64,000 nucleotides of DNA. Origin: Eledone cirrhosa. Taxonomy: Eukaryota. Of this stretch, positions 37,353 to 52,046 are shown one piece after another. A model generated the notes under the pieces. It was not told the origin of the DNA. It was given only the letters and a program-made list of their open reading frames with translations, and made no database searches. The translations under genes were made by a program, and so were the position numbers. Positions within the stretch are counted from its first letter, which is position 1, and each line of letters starts with the position of its first letter. The stretch spans positions 124,310,001 to 124,374,000 of the forward strand of contig OZ024741.1 of NCBI GenBank assembly GCA_964016885.1. Reading direction: 5' to 3'.

Positions 37353-40300
37353 TATATATATTATATATATATATATATATGTACATATATATACAAAGTA
37401 AATTTTATATATATTTATACATATATATATAAAGTAAATGTTATAGCTAATATAGTAGTGTATGTGAGAATGTGTATATAAAAAGTGCTACACAATATTT
37501 AGTCATATTTGTATCTCCTTATACATACTTTAAGGTTTGAAGAAGAATCTCTTTTGTTGTATTAATGTATCCCATGATACGATAACGTTCTTATGAAAAA
37601 GACTAAGTATATTTTAATTACTGCTATACGTTCGAGTGTGAAGCCTTTTACTATTTATGTTCTGCGATATTTGAAATCATTCTAAGTTTCCTTTTATATC
37701 CAGAGTATAAATTGCATTATGCTTCTCCAAGAATCACATAGAGTGCTATTATTCCTTTATATTTATTGAGTTATTTGAGATGGTATAATTATATAACTGA
37801 CTGGAGGAAAGCGAACACATTTATCTTAATGACGTTTTATAATGTACTGTGTTTTAATTGAAAAATAATAATTTGAAGAAAACTCAGATTTATAACATGA
37901 TTTTTTAAATGGTATTTACTGATATTACATTTCCGTGAAGTACACTAAATTACAAAATTATGATATTCCTATTAGAGTTGCATGAAACAATTTAAGTGTA
38001 ATCTAATGCAATCCAATATATTTAATATATATAATATGTTTGACTAAATTATTTGACTTCTAAATAGAGCTTCTAATGATTTGCGCATTTCTGAATATTT
38101 ATGATATATCAAAATGATATCTTATTTCTATTGGTTTGAATTCCGACAAGATTTTACCATAGTCTAGAAGGGCATTTCGTTTGTGAAAAACCGTCTTTCT
38201 TGTAGAGTTGCTGCTTTTCATGTCCCAATCTCATATGTAACAAATATGATCGACTTCAAAAAAGGTTCTGCCCGAGAATGGCTCTCATCTAAAGACTAAA
38301 ACCAATTAAAGAGTAAACACAATATGAATAGAAGCGTACATATCCTCTACTGACCTTGTTAATTAGAACGCTCTTATTATTAAAAATATATTACTAGGAA
38401 CCAAAACAAAAGGTAATATATAAGGACATTTTCGGTGTAAAACCATTTGATTATTTGATTTAGTATTGACACAAGTTCGGTCATCGTAATATGATGTTAT
38501 TTGAAGTCCCAATCCTGAATGATGAATCTAATCAGTGAATATTTCATTGTAAATTAAACTAACTCTCTGTAGCTTCTGATAATTAATCATTCTGATCCTC
38601 AATTACACAACGACACACTTGCAACATGACTAATTGTAAAACATACAAAATTCAAATGGAATTTCAGAGATTAAAATTGCGGAATTTATTTTCTTCATGA
38701 TATGGCATTTCTCAATTAACGCTCAATGCATACCAAATCCCATTCTAGTTTGCAGACAAAACAAACTCTGCTATCGTGTCTGGCACACTAATTAAATGTG
38801 GTTACTGATGTCTTATTCAATCTGAACATTTTCATTTCTACGTTCTTGACAGTCACGCAATAATTTATTCATAAAATAAAAAGAAATGCATTTATTTGTG
38901 GCAAAATATACATAATCCAGTTTTTATATTGACAGAACAATTAACAGCTTATCTTCATATTCATCTGCTTCTAAATATTATATTACAGAACACGAGTTCA
39001 ATGTTTACCCCAGTCTTATTGTATCGTGGGTCTGATTTCTGGAGCGGGTGGTGTATTTTCTTCGTGAGCAAGATAATTTATTTTACGTTCTTATATCAGC
39101 CAGGTTTTGCAATGAGATGATTGTATCCGAACCAAAATGGCCAATGAAATTATTGCTCATTGTTCCAATCTGACAATCGGTTCATTTCGCAAAATGAACT
39201 CACATCAGGATCAACTCACAATCGGAAAATTGAGGCAACTATAGTGAATAGTACCCCCACAACCTATTTTATAAAATAAAAGAGCAGAGAAATAATGCGT
39301 ATGATTTTATGAAAGGTAAGTTAGGTGTACAGCTGCTTGTAATTTAGCCACAATACTAGCATTTTTACGGGAAGAAAAATAGATCCCAGAACGATGAAAG
39401 ACAGTGTTGGTCTCCGTGTGGTTGTCCGATGTTTTAACGGTTCTGCAAATTCACTGGCAACGTTAAGTTTAAAATGTTATAAGGTAGCACAAAATAAAAC
39501 TATTAAAAATGTATATAAATACTTAAAACTAAATTAAGAGCAAGATAGGAAATTTACAATTTTTACGATTTTTAACGAATAATGTTGTCATTATTCTAGT
39601 TTACATTCATTTAAGAATATTCTGTCAGGTCTCCTCCAGCCAAGCCTAAATGTAAGGTTTATAAAAGGGATAAATGTGTCTAGGTACGACGATCAGAGAA
39701 TTTCCAGATAAGATGTTTTTTTTAACGTTCTTACCTTATCTGATTTATGTAACCCCCACCTTCCCCATATATAAACCACAACTAAATGTAAATATTCAAA
39801 CATTCACCAGCGAGAACCATGAAGTTGCAACTCATGTTCGTCATTTAATACATTCAAAATAGAGTAAAAATATTATTATTATTTACTGAAAACATTTACT
39901 TTTAAACTTCCTTAATACATAAATGTGAAGACCAGAGCATAGGCGTTAGACTGTTAGATAAAATGCATTGGTATTTGATTTGACTCTATACAATGAGATC
40001 GAATCTCGCCGAGGAGAAGTTTACTTTTATTACTTTCGGGATCGATAAGTAAATATTTTAGATCCATGGTGGTGTATTTTTGGACTTGTTAAAGAGCCGA
40101 ACGTGATGATCTGCAGCGTTTAATGTGATTCTGTGAGTTCGGAATTGAAATACAACCTCATTCTGCTATATGTTATAACTGACAGGTTGAATTAGCCAGG
40201 GAATAGCCAATAGAAACATTGCTTCCTTGGTCAGATCTGACGATCACTTGTTCTCCTTATATATTCGATTATAGACATTTAAGATTTGTAATTTATTTCA

Positions 40301-43300
40301 ATCAAATTCCTACCACTATAAATCATATTTTAAAGTAAAGATGAGGTATACCGATTATGTCCACAGTGAACGGTTATTGAAATAACCCTTAGATATTCGG
40401 CCCAGCTGCAGAATAAATGAGTTTCCCCAATGAAGACTCAGTCGTGGAAGAGCAGCAAGGGGATAACTGAGATGCAATGGATTAGAAGGAGGTCTGATTG
40501 TCTTAACAATTTATGCAATACAAGATGATGTCATCCTTGCGAAACAAATGTCTATCGTCTTCTACATAAACCTGTCCAAGGCGAGAAATTCTGCTCCGAA
40601 TTGACGTGCATCAATATAAAGTGTGGTTTCAGAAATCATCTCCATGGGAGCAAGGAATTTGCACATAACGCGTGAATAAATGTCAAGAACATTTCTTCAT
40701 AATTCCATGGATACAATAGACATTCAACCCCTTCAGAAGAGAGCATAATCCCATTGAATTTAATACATATGTATTCTGCCAATGATAGACTTCATCCATT
40801 GTTATGTTTCATAGTAGGAATGTTCAAATTGATTGTATTTCTTCTTGGCTGACATGAACAGGAAGAATATATTGCTTGCATGTGTGACGTATGAAACGTA
40901 GCAGCAAATCTATTATCGTTGTGAGATTAACGTGATTTGAAATTATGCAATTTTATTTCTATAATCACATAATCATACACACACTCGGATGTTCCTAACT
41001 TGCTATTAAATATGAGTTGACTAAACAATTCCTCTCTTAATGCTAACTAATGCACTGTGCAGTGGGTTGCCTGCAGGCAATGGCTGAACCATTTATATAG
41101 AGTTCCTTTTGATGGTGGTGTTTATTATTGTAGTTGTTGTTGTTGTTTTGGGTATGGTTGTTTTTGTTCTTGTTACCATTGCTGTTAGATACGATGGTGG
41201 TGCTTGCATGTTTTCTTCTGTTTAGGTTATTCTAGCTTTTATGTTATTGGGGGTGACAGTGTTGTTATCATTTTCTACTGAGTCTCTTCTCTTTCTTCTT
41301 ACACTTCCTCACTCGTCACCCCCATCATTATTTCATTTTGTTATTTTATTACTATTCTTTTTTATTATCATATCTTTTCTGTTCAGTATAGATAACAAAA
41401 GACGTATAGTTTAATTATGCCGAGTTCTAATGAGATAATTATTATTAAAACAGATATGAATTGAAAATAAGTTGATAAGAGAGAAAAAAACTGACTGCTT
41501 CTGGGCAGAAATAAATTATGATGTATGATAATATTGAATAAACCAAAATGGCGATTTACCACAATTTCACAGTGGAGGTGGATATACTATATTGCAGTAT
41601 CTACTCCTAAACAATAAACAGACAACAACTACTCCAACAAAAACATCAACAAAAATGACTATAACGACCAACAAAACAACAGCAACAACAAAGTCATCAA
41701 GGACGACGATGTCAAGGTTAAATGTAAGAAGAGGTATACAAGAATAGTTGTGACACCATCATAAACAATGACAATCACAAATACTGCTGCAACAAAGACA
41801 ACAAAGGAAGCTGCAGCAACAACGGCAGATGCAGCAACTATAATAACAACTTTTAAAATTTCAAAATAAAGCTGATTCCGAACCATACGATAGGGTTGTA
41901 ATTTAATTTCCTTTGAAACGTCTGAAATATTTGTTTTTATATTTGGCACAAGGCCAGTTATTTGAGGGGAAGGGGTACGTCGACTAAATTGACCCCAATG
42001 CGCTGCTAGTACTTTATATTATAGACTCGGTAATTATGAAAGTCAAAGATAACCATGGTGGTATTTGAACTCGGAACGTAAAATACCATAACTACATGCC
42101 ACAAACATGTTGTTGGACGCTCTAACAACTCTGCAAATCCACTGCACAATAACTTCCGAAATATTGACAGAATAAACCTTTGGTTGAAAATGTTATAGAA
42201 AATTGTTCCAAGCTGATTGATATTTGCATAGTTTTATTTAGAAATCGTTTCTAAATTTTACATGTTTAGATATATTTTATACATTGCAATTACTCACTCA
42301 AATATAGGCTTTGTACCTGATGTTGAAAAGTTTATACATAACGACACCTATGGTAATGTACTGAAATGATATTATATATACCCATAAATATTTCCATATT
42401 TACTAGTTAATTAAAATCTTAACAGAATATATTTAAAAAATATAACAGTAATGATTTATTGTTTGGTGTTCATCGACGATTCAAGTATCTTTATTATCAT
42501 CTTTCATCATTTTTATACACAGATGGAAATATATTTTAAATAATTGCCCCCCAAAAACATACCATCCGTCGCTACCGTTGCCTGCATTCACTGTCATGGA
42601 AATAAATAATATAGAATCTTATTATAATTCATATATATCTAAAGAAAACCATAAACAATATTTTAGTTTGGACGTAATCAACCCGTTTCTTTATAGAATA
42701 TGTCTAATATATTTTCTTTTGAAGCATGTTTTTATCTAATCAATTATTCACATATCCCTCATCATGAAACCTTATTCAGTCATCTGACATATTTATTAGT
42801 TCAGGTTATATGGTTAAAATACATTTAAATATTCATGAAGCCTGTTCAAGAAGAAAACGTATCTACAACGTATGGTTTCTATTTAAAGTGTACTTCATTT
42901 TGTTTTGAAATGTCCGCTGTTATATCCACTGGAGCAAACCAATGACGCCAATGGAGTCGTTCAAATGATTCGTGGTAACTCAAGTTTCAAACCATTTTGT
43001 TATATTTCTATGCAGCCTATCATAAAGCTGTTGTTGTTACTATCAAATTTTCGGAAATCTCGTTAGATTTATTCTATTGCTCTCTTCATGTTACTTAGAT
43101 AATCGAAATTATAATTACATGTGCAGGAAGGGTCAACATATATTAGCCAATATATAATAGACACTATTGCACTGTGTTTATTATACGAGTGATCAACAAA
43201 CCGCAATTTATCGATATACAAATCAATGCTTTTACTCTTACTTTTTGTCTCAGTAAAACCACGTAATCTGGTGGTTAGCTGAACACACGATTATAAGGTT

Positions 43301-44689
43301 GAGGATTCTATACCGGGACGGGTCGGGTGTTATGTTTCTCATCAAAATACTTCCAGTTGCTTCTTCTGTCAGGAGATGCGACCGTTCGATATTATCAACA
43401 GTAGATGGCCTAATGGAAACATTGTTTCCAATAATTAAATAAAATAAGAATGTTTTATACGTAATTACCTAAAGTTGACATACGTTACGTGGTTGTTAGT
43501 AACTGTTATTGAAAATATATTTGAATTATTTATTTTGTACTTATAGATAGTTACTGCTTATCTGTATGCAAACAATATATTTTAGAATGCAAAATGTGAT
43601 CTTACCCACGTGTTTCATATGTAAATGAATTTATAACTTTATTGAAGTTACATTTCCATTACATACACAACTCACCATCATTCATTCTATAATCTCAATT
43701 AAAAAAAGTACATATAATTGATAAGAGATTCACTAATAGTCAATCTGTCTAGTTGAGAATGTAAAGAGTGTACTGATACTATTTCATTTTTTTTATTTTA
43801 ATGAAAAGCTTGTAACAGTTTCAGAAAAAAATACAAAACATGTTGACGGAATCCTCTTATTAATATTATTTCTAATATGTAAACTACTACTGATTACAGC
43901 TAAAATAAATCCGATTAAATTTGATTACTTTCAATGTCAATCTTTGAAGGTTAGGGTCTATTCAATTGTATCTATTCCTGAATATTTAATCGCTTAATGT
44001 TATTGTACAAACAACTGTGTATGGCATAATGACACTCTCTATGCTTTGAATTTAAACTATTTAGACATGAAACTAAATAATATAGTGCGTATTTGTACTA
44101 TTTGCTTCAGTCATTTCTTTAACTTTTGATTGAAGATATCTCAAAATATCTTTAGAGATACAAATTGAAAACAGTCTTGTATTAATATCACTTAATATAA
44201 GATCAACTTTAACGAGTGTTTAATTTAATTTCGAATATAAAATTGCATAGAAAAACATACAGATATATTTCATATTTTTTTATTTATTTATGAAAAAATA
44301 CTTCAATATGAATGTCACGAAACGTTGGCAGTATAATAATCTCAATCAATAAATAATTTAATGAAATCAAGAGGTCTTTTTGCTGAAACAGATCAAACAG
44401 TAGCGAGTTACAAAGAAGAACACATTAAATTTTAATTAAAATTTTAATAATTGTTAATTTGATATGACTCAAGGCACATCTCCATTAATTCTGAGCGAGG
44501 GTAAAATGAAAAACTATAGAAATCACAAATAATTATCAATATTCTCTCTTTCACGTAGTAATTTCCATTCACATCTATGGCTGCGTAAAATATTTGATGC
44601 CTCATAACTATTTCTCATTTCAATTTAGACAGCAAAATATTGCAATTAAGAGGATGGTATATGGTAAATTTCAGGTAATACTTACACCA

Positions 44690-44997
44690 ATGGCATGTAT
44701 ATATAATGTCGTTTATTGAACTTTAAAGGTGTCGGTGGTTGTTGCCCCTGTCCCCTAAGAAACATAAGCACCGTCTGAGGTAATTTTCCTTGACCATGAT
44801 ATGAGTATATATATATATATATAAATATATATAAACAAAGAAAGTGTGGCAAGAAATCAGGTGGGCCATAGCGCACCAGAGTACTCAATACTTAGGGTAG
44901 TAGAGTGGGTAATAGGGAAAGAGTTAGGAACCCGACGGCTGAGCCCATGCCGTTTCGACAGCTAGATCCGAACTCGGATCTAGCTGTCGAAACGGCA
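44690..44997 (-). mobile_element. Fold-back repeat carrying the 3' half of an HHR
   Basis: Minus strand reads ctagctgtc-GAAAC-ggc..gcc-GTC-gggttcc. Perfect hairpin at 44948-44997. Body is shared with 45363-45640 and 58711-58930. Confidence 0.75.
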
Positions 44998-45061
44998 AAG
45001 TTTGTTTACCCTTATGTGGAAGTTATGTATTTCTATTGTCTCTTCCGTATATATATATAGA

Positions 45062-45246
45062 TGGATTGGCAGTATCGGTAGAGGTTCGGACGCCATGCTT
45101 TGCAGCAGAGAGTTACGGCCCTTTATGATCTAAGTTCAAATCCCGCTGAGGTTAACTTTGCCTTTCATCCTTACGGAGTCGATAAAATAAAGTACCAGTA
45201 ATGCACTGGGTAATTAGTGGTCTTGTGCCAAAAGTAGAAACAATTA
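45062..45246 (+). mobile_element. tRNA-derived SINE (dominant family), full length
   Basis: Match to the family consensus. Confidence 0.88.
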
Positions 45247-45362
45247 TATATATATTAAATCTACTTTGCTTGGAACCATTCGTTCTTACATTTTCATTGG
45301 GTGAATGGATATTCAACCGTAATCAAGTCGAGGTGCGTTTCTACAGCATTGTATATATATAT

Positions 45363-45640
45363 GGGAAAGTAGTCAGGACCCCGACGGCTGAGCTCCGGCC
45401 TTTTCGACAGCTAGATCCGACGTCGGATCTAGCTGTCGAAACGGCATGTGTCCGGGGTCCTGACTCTTTTCCTATTGCCCACTCTACTACCCTAAGTATC
45501 GAGTACTCTGGTGCGCTATGGTCCACCTGGTTTCTAACCACACTTTGTTTGTTTACATATATATATATATACATATACTCATATCATGGTCAAGGAAAAT
45601 TACCTCATGTTTCTAAATTACCTCATGTTTCTATGTTTCT
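45363..45640 (+). mobile_element. Fold-back repeat carrying the 3' half of an HHR (second copy)
   Basis: Hairpin 45363-45475 centred at 45421-45422, then the shared ctaccctaagtat(c/t)gagtactctggtgcg body. Confidence 0.75.
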
Positions 45641-46050
45641 AAATAACATTAAATGACAAGATGTTTATAGTTATCTCTCTAGAACAGATTTATATTGTAA
45701 CGTGCTACGTTGTAGGTTAGAATAACAATATTAATTGACTGCATAATATTTAGAAGTATGAACTAATGAATTTTTTATCTCTGAATTATATCTGCTGGGT
45801 ATTTCACCGGAAGTAATTATTAAATAGTTTTAAACTGAAAAGAGAAAATGAGTAAAAAGGAACACAACACTGGCTGCAGAATATCCGCAAGGCAATATTC
45901 TCATATAATGTTATCATGATATAAATTAAATAAAGTATTAATAAAAATGCGATAAACTGTCCAAAATTAGTTCGTGCTGAATATGATAGTTTTATATTCG
46001 TTCTTGTATACTTTGCGTCCCGATTTCAATCCTGCTCAGGTAGACCTTAT

Positions 46051-46108
46051 TATTTTTCACCCTCCAATAGATCACATATTAATGTGATCTATTGGAGGGT
46101 GAAAAATA
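46051..46108. repeat. Perfect 27-bp inverted repeat with 4-nt loop
   Basis: tatttttcaccctccaatagatcacat-atta-atgtgatctattggagggtgaaaaata. Confidence 0.95.
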
Positions 46109-49100
46109 TGAGACTTGTTTTTGTTTAATCGAATAAAACCCATAAATAATTGACCTATCACTGACATCCTTGCAGATTTAGCCCTTGATTCCCTTTAATA
46201 AATTCACCCTGGCATTTGAACATACTTATTGGAGACAGACCCCTTATAAACATTCGAAATAGGACTTCTGTCTGAGTATAAGTCAATAGCTTGTGTAGGA
46301 TATTATGAAAAACATACATGAGAAAATGTCCGGTTGTATTTAAATTTATCTCTTTCAGTATATCTCTTTCCAACCCCCTCTTCATCACTTTCTTTCTCGC
46401 TCTTCCATACACTGAATGTTGGTTTCTCTGCATTAGTATAGCATCAGAGAGTATATTATTTGGCATAGAATTATGGCTCTTTACATTCTGAGTTCAAATC
46501 CGTCCGTGGTTAGCTTTGCCTTTCATCGTTACGGAGTCAATAAGTAACTCCAATGCAATGAAATCGATTTAATCGACTTTCCCTTACCCCACTTGTTTAC
46601 TTGATTGTTTTCTGGAATTCCTTTGATTTTTATTTCCGTTCAAAGGGGTGACATTTCTTGCTACCACAAATCTTGAATTATTGTTTAATTCCTTCTTTCT
46701 CTTCAACTGGTCTTAAAAGCCCTGCTTTCATATTCTGTCACACGGGATCGTCTTTGGTTTCGCACTGGAGTACACATATTTATGGTATACTCAACATACT
46801 TTGAGTACATGGCGGTTACAAAAAGATTCAGCAGAACCTTCTAGCTGCTTTCCATTTTTTCTTTATGTGTTTACACTTATTTTGCACTCCGTTAGCCTTT
46901 ACCTATCTGAATTTATTTTATTTTATTTTATCTTTTAATTTATATGTTTATATTCACTTATCTCAGTCTATCATTTTTCTCGTTTCTCAACTGTAAGAAA
47001 TACTATATACCTCCTCTAATCTGCCATGGCTTACTAGCTCTATAAACACGTTTGAATTGATTAAATAAATACATAAATACTCAACAATTGATGTGTTAAA
47101 TCTCTATTTGGACGTTCAGCTGTTCGAGTCTTACAGCGGATTTCTCATCGTCAGAACTAACGAAAAATCCGTAGGTGTAGAAGAAAATATATTTTTGAAT
47201 AACAAACAGGTTGGTATTAGAAGTGAAGTCGTCCAAACGCAAAATACCATAATGATAGTTTATTACTGCTATAATAATTGAATAAACCCAGTAAAATGAT
47301 TTACATTGGAACAACTTCACTTCCTTTTTTATGTTTAATTTCTAGAAATTGTCGTTAATAACCCGAAACATTTATAATCTTATATCGCTTAAGTTGTTTC
47401 CTGAAATTTAAAACACGCATGCATACACACACCCACACAGACACACTCCCACACACACACACACACAGTGTCTAGATTCCACTTTCTAGTATTTGTACAT
47501 CGGTTGTGGGCATAGAAATATACTAATGCTTTTACACTTGGTAGATTATACATCATAGATTCATTTTGTCAAAGATAAAATATTCAAGATTTGTTCACGC
47601 GTCAGACATGAAACACATTGCTAGTGTTTTTTTGTTTGTTTTTTTTCCCCTCCTGATACATTATGTGTATTCTTTACTTTACATTATAATGTAAATTATC
47701 TTTCAAAGAGAAATATTCATACGGTGATATTCTAAAAAAATATAATTATTAATTCTGAATAATTATTTCTATATAATATGACCCATTAGCGTATGACGTG
47801 CTTAGTTGTGATTGTAGAAAGCTTTACTTTACAATTACGTTAATTTAATGTATCAACTACTTTCAATATATTTCATAAACAAGAAATCTATTGCTATTGT
47901 TCTTCATGGGAAAACAATTTAGAAATCCTTTTCAACACGAAATTTGTTTCTATAAAGATTAGTTTATCGTTTCTTTATTATTAACAATAGTTTAAGAAAA
48001 TAGGAAAACAGAGTGGTCTACTCTAGTTTCCAGGCAATTAATTTCGATATCAATTTTTAAAGAATAGTCGTATCATCGTCGTATCATCCGGAGCCTGCTT
48101 TCATAATTAATTGTCCTCAGAAGTGACATAACGAATATTTTAGATTATAAATTTCGATGAAGGCATAGTGGAATACTCAGGAAGTTAACTTTACAAATAT
48201 GGGGTCATTGGTTCGACCATACGGCTTGGTATCTTAGTGAAGATGTATTTTACCATAATCCCTGCTTGACCCAAAGCTTATGCGTGGGTAGACAGAAAAA
48301 TGTGTTTAAACCATTCGTCTAGTTTTTTCAGAGTGGGAGTTTTGTCAATCATTATTTGCAATAAATCTCTCTGAAAGGTAAAATAAGGCCACTCATGCTC
48401 ATATTCATTGAATACTCTGTCACTTAAACATTAATCTAAAACTCAAACATCTATCGTCAAAACCAACGGTGATCCAGTTAATTTTTTTATTTTAAAGTTA
48501 AGTTTAATGTTTATTATAGAACAAATCCATGGATAGTGTGACAGAAAAGAGAGTAATATCTTACATAAAGCGGCAGAGTTGTTAGAACGTCGGATACAGT
48601 ACTGTGATGTATGTTTTCCGGCTCTCTGAGTTAAATTTCTACCGAGGTCAACTTTGCCTCCTTTTACATTTTCGAGGTCGATAAAAAACGTACCAGTCCC
48701 TTTCTGAGGTCGATTCTTCCATTATATCTCTTTCTCGCTTCCTCTCTTTCACTTTCTCTCCTTTCCGTTCTCTGGAAGAAATCTGCTGTACACAGACCTG
48801 TAGAAGGATGGGCTCCGCCAGGTTTAAAATACCCAAGTAACGCCGTATGCTAATACAGCACGACTACGGCTTCATCCGTAGTTTCGGGACCATACATACC
48901 ATATCTCCGACGATACTCCCGAGTTGTTCTTAACTGTCTGAAGATAGCTTCTCAAGCATTGGGAGTTTACATTTGACTATATAGCAAAGTAAGAAGCCTA
49001 ACTCCAAACTAAGACTGTAAAATGCAGTCATCGTTGAGAGTGAAGCCAGGATTCTTAGGAAGAATGAAAATAAACCACACTCTTCGTAGTATAGGAGGGT

Positions 49101-49229
49101 AAACCCAACAAATAACAGAATGGATGATATACTAAAAGACGAGATGGAGCGAATACCAAGATACTTGAATATAAATAATATTTAGATTACATAAAACCTG
49201 AGCGTATTTATTCTAGTTTTATGGTAAAA

Positions 49230-51370
49230 TAATTGTTTCTACTTTAGGCCAGCAATTACCCAGTACATTACTGGTACTTTATTTTATCGACCCCGTAAGG
49301 ATGAAAGGCAAAGTTAACCTCGGCGGGATTTGAACTCAGACTGTAATAATATTGCATGGAAGTAGATTGAGTAAAAAAGAGGGAAGACAGTTGTTCGTAA
49401 CTTACACAAAAACACATGCATACATATCCATGTGTATTCAAATATAAGTTAATATAAACATACAGCCATGTACTTACAAGCAGATATATACTCGCATTTG
49501 AATTGGTCTAAACATGTTTCGATCTGAAAATTCTCATTACCAAGACCAAATACATATTTACAGCATTATCAGATATATCTAATGACGTTGGATAAGCAGA
49601 ATTGTTAATGCTTCTGACAAAATACCTAGTGTTAATTGTATCTGGCATTTATGTTCTGAATTCAAAACATGCAGAGGTAAAATTTGACTTTCATTCATCT
49701 GGGGGTCGGTACAATAAAGCATCAATCATGTACTGATGTCGATTTAATCGACTGTCTCCTGAAATAATACATCAAGGGGGCTTGCAGGTCGGAGAAGCAT
49801 AACGAACAAACGTGGACGGTACCGGGCTGACATTCTTACATTATCTGCTTCGTGTTTTAATGGTTGGTCAGTACATAATCAAAGACACGCATACACACCT
49901 ACATACATTAATGCATGTACATATACACCTAAATATTTTAATAACATTTACATAATACATTTTAATACATTTACATAATAACAACCTTGAGGTCTACACA
50001 ATACTTCATCGTCACACATTGCAGAATATATACATTCAACCACAGACCAATTATTGTTGATTGTTCATTGTTATTTTTGTAATGTAAAGCATAACATAAG
50101 TCCTATAGTTTAACATAAATATCAGTGAAATATTTTCAATTTAGTTATGTTAGCATGAATCAATATCTGAATATACTTCTTAAGAAGATACATTTTTATC
50201 CTTTAATCTTTTGCACTAAAATACCTTCAAGATGGTTTCATTATAATTAATTATTTTAATCGAAATATTTAAGCTGGAAAAACTTTTTCTTTTTATTCAT
50301 ATATCAAAAGTATTCGATGTTATCTCTTAAAAGTAAAAACAAAGATAAAAATCAATACATATTTTGCCCGGAAGCACTAGCAAGTTTGCTGATAGCATTG
50401 GTAAAATAATAATGCGTCGAATAGACAGATACATTAGAACTTTTGAAAGAAGGCTCTACAGTAGTCGTTCCGGCTCTCTACGGTATGAGATCAAACCCCG
50501 TCGAGGTCAACTTCGCCTTTCATCTTTTGGAGGTGAATAAAATACCAATGAATTACGGAGATCTTTGATCCTCACCACACACTTCTCTTTTTTCCGGAAA
50601 TAATAGGTTTTTAAATTTCCAAGATAATATTTTGAATCATACTGGAAAATAGTAAATGTACCCCGCTTTACGTTCCCAAGTCTCCTCAGACAACACGTCT
50701 CTAACGTAGGCACAAGGTCAGAAATTTCGCGAGATCAGAAATGTCGATTATGTTGGCCTCCAATACTTGACTGCCACCTCATTGTATGGACTTGAAACGA
50801 TGAAAGGCAAAGCTGACTTTTGTGGGATCAGAACTTAGAAAGTCACAATGAAATTCCACAATAGATTTCTTCTAGTGAACTAACAAATCTGAAAACACCG
50901 CCCTTAATCTCTTCAGATAATTCTTTCTGATTCAGGTATAAGACCAAACATTTTGGGGAAAGGGGAAGTCGATTGATCCAGCGCATTGCGTTACAGTTAC
51001 TTTATTTTATCGATTCCATAAAGATGAAAGACAAAGCTAACTTCGGCGAGATTTGAATTCAGAAAATGAAGGGACGTAACTATATATGATCAATTATATC
51101 CGACGCTCTACCGATACTGCCAATCCATTGTTCTAGTTTCCACGGATAATAATTTCTAATTTAGGCACAATGCCAATAACCTTTGAGGAGAGACCGGGTA
51201 AAGTTAATTAAATCAACGCCCATACTTCATTTGCACGATATTTTATCGTTACCGAATAGATAAAAGGCAAATTTGATTTCGGTGTAATTTGAACTCAGAA
51301 TGCATACAGCCTTAATAAATACCACATGGCATTTTATCCGATGCTCTGACGATTTTGTGTATCAATCACC
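49230..51370. mobile_element. Cluster of SINE copies (about 49230-49340 -, 49590-49760 +, 50460-50550 +, 50700-50900 -, 50935-51128 -, 51150-51370 -)
   Basis: Variably diverged matches to atgaaaggcaaagttaacctcggcgggatttgaactcagaa or its reverse complement. Confidence 0.7.
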
Positions 51371-51881
51371 CTTAGTTTTCTTAGATATTGAAACGGATAT
51401 GAAGAAGAAGAAGTCGGTGGAGGGGCTGTACTTCACACATATATTAACTATATGCTTCAACGAGATTTTAAGCAGCGCTATTTATCACAGCATCTTTAAA
51501 TGATATTGTTAGACTTATACCAACCTCAAGAGTCGGTAAATATTCTTACGTATAAACTGAAAGAAAGTAAGTTAATTGACGAAACTATGTGAGTTGTTAT
51601 TCAGGGAAAATATTTTTATTCGGGAACATGCATTATAATCGTCCCTAAGAACAGTGTTGTTATCCGATTACTTCAACAAAGTGGGCGCGATTAAAACACC
51701 GAAAGAACCAGAGGGTTCTTACAAAAGAGATATAGTGGCCAGTAAAAGAACAGGAACGGTTTCTCAGGCAGCCATCCACTGATTTTCTGTAACTCACAAG
51801 AATTTGATTGACGGGTGACCTTACGCAATGACACGCACCTGAAATCAGGGGGTTTTGAACATAACTGCGCAATGATAATCA

Positions 51882-52046
51882 TCTACTATATAAAATTACA
51901 TGGCTAGTCTTTTATTTTGTGTGCTTACATATATCGCACATATTCACATTGATTAATATCCATTAAATTTTAATATAGGTTTATGTCTACAGGTATCTCA
52001 TTGTATATCTAAACAATGAATTTACATGTTAACGTCTCATTTCTAG
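51882..52046 (+). mobile_element. Possible short non-autonomous Helitron
   Basis: 5' end A|TCTACTATATAAAA and 3' end CTAG|T, with no TSD. A subterminal hairpin is not evident. Confidence 0.35.

Noticed and set aside
40480-40760. Faint RT-like residues (FYINLSKA); similar RTE-like traces at about 48.9-49.2 and 51.66-51.8 kb
   Set aside because: Too decayed to delimit or classify by eye.
46158-47320. ORFs 46158..46466 (-) and 47093..47320
   Set aside because: No recognisable domain; possibly decayed LINE sequence or chance ORFs.
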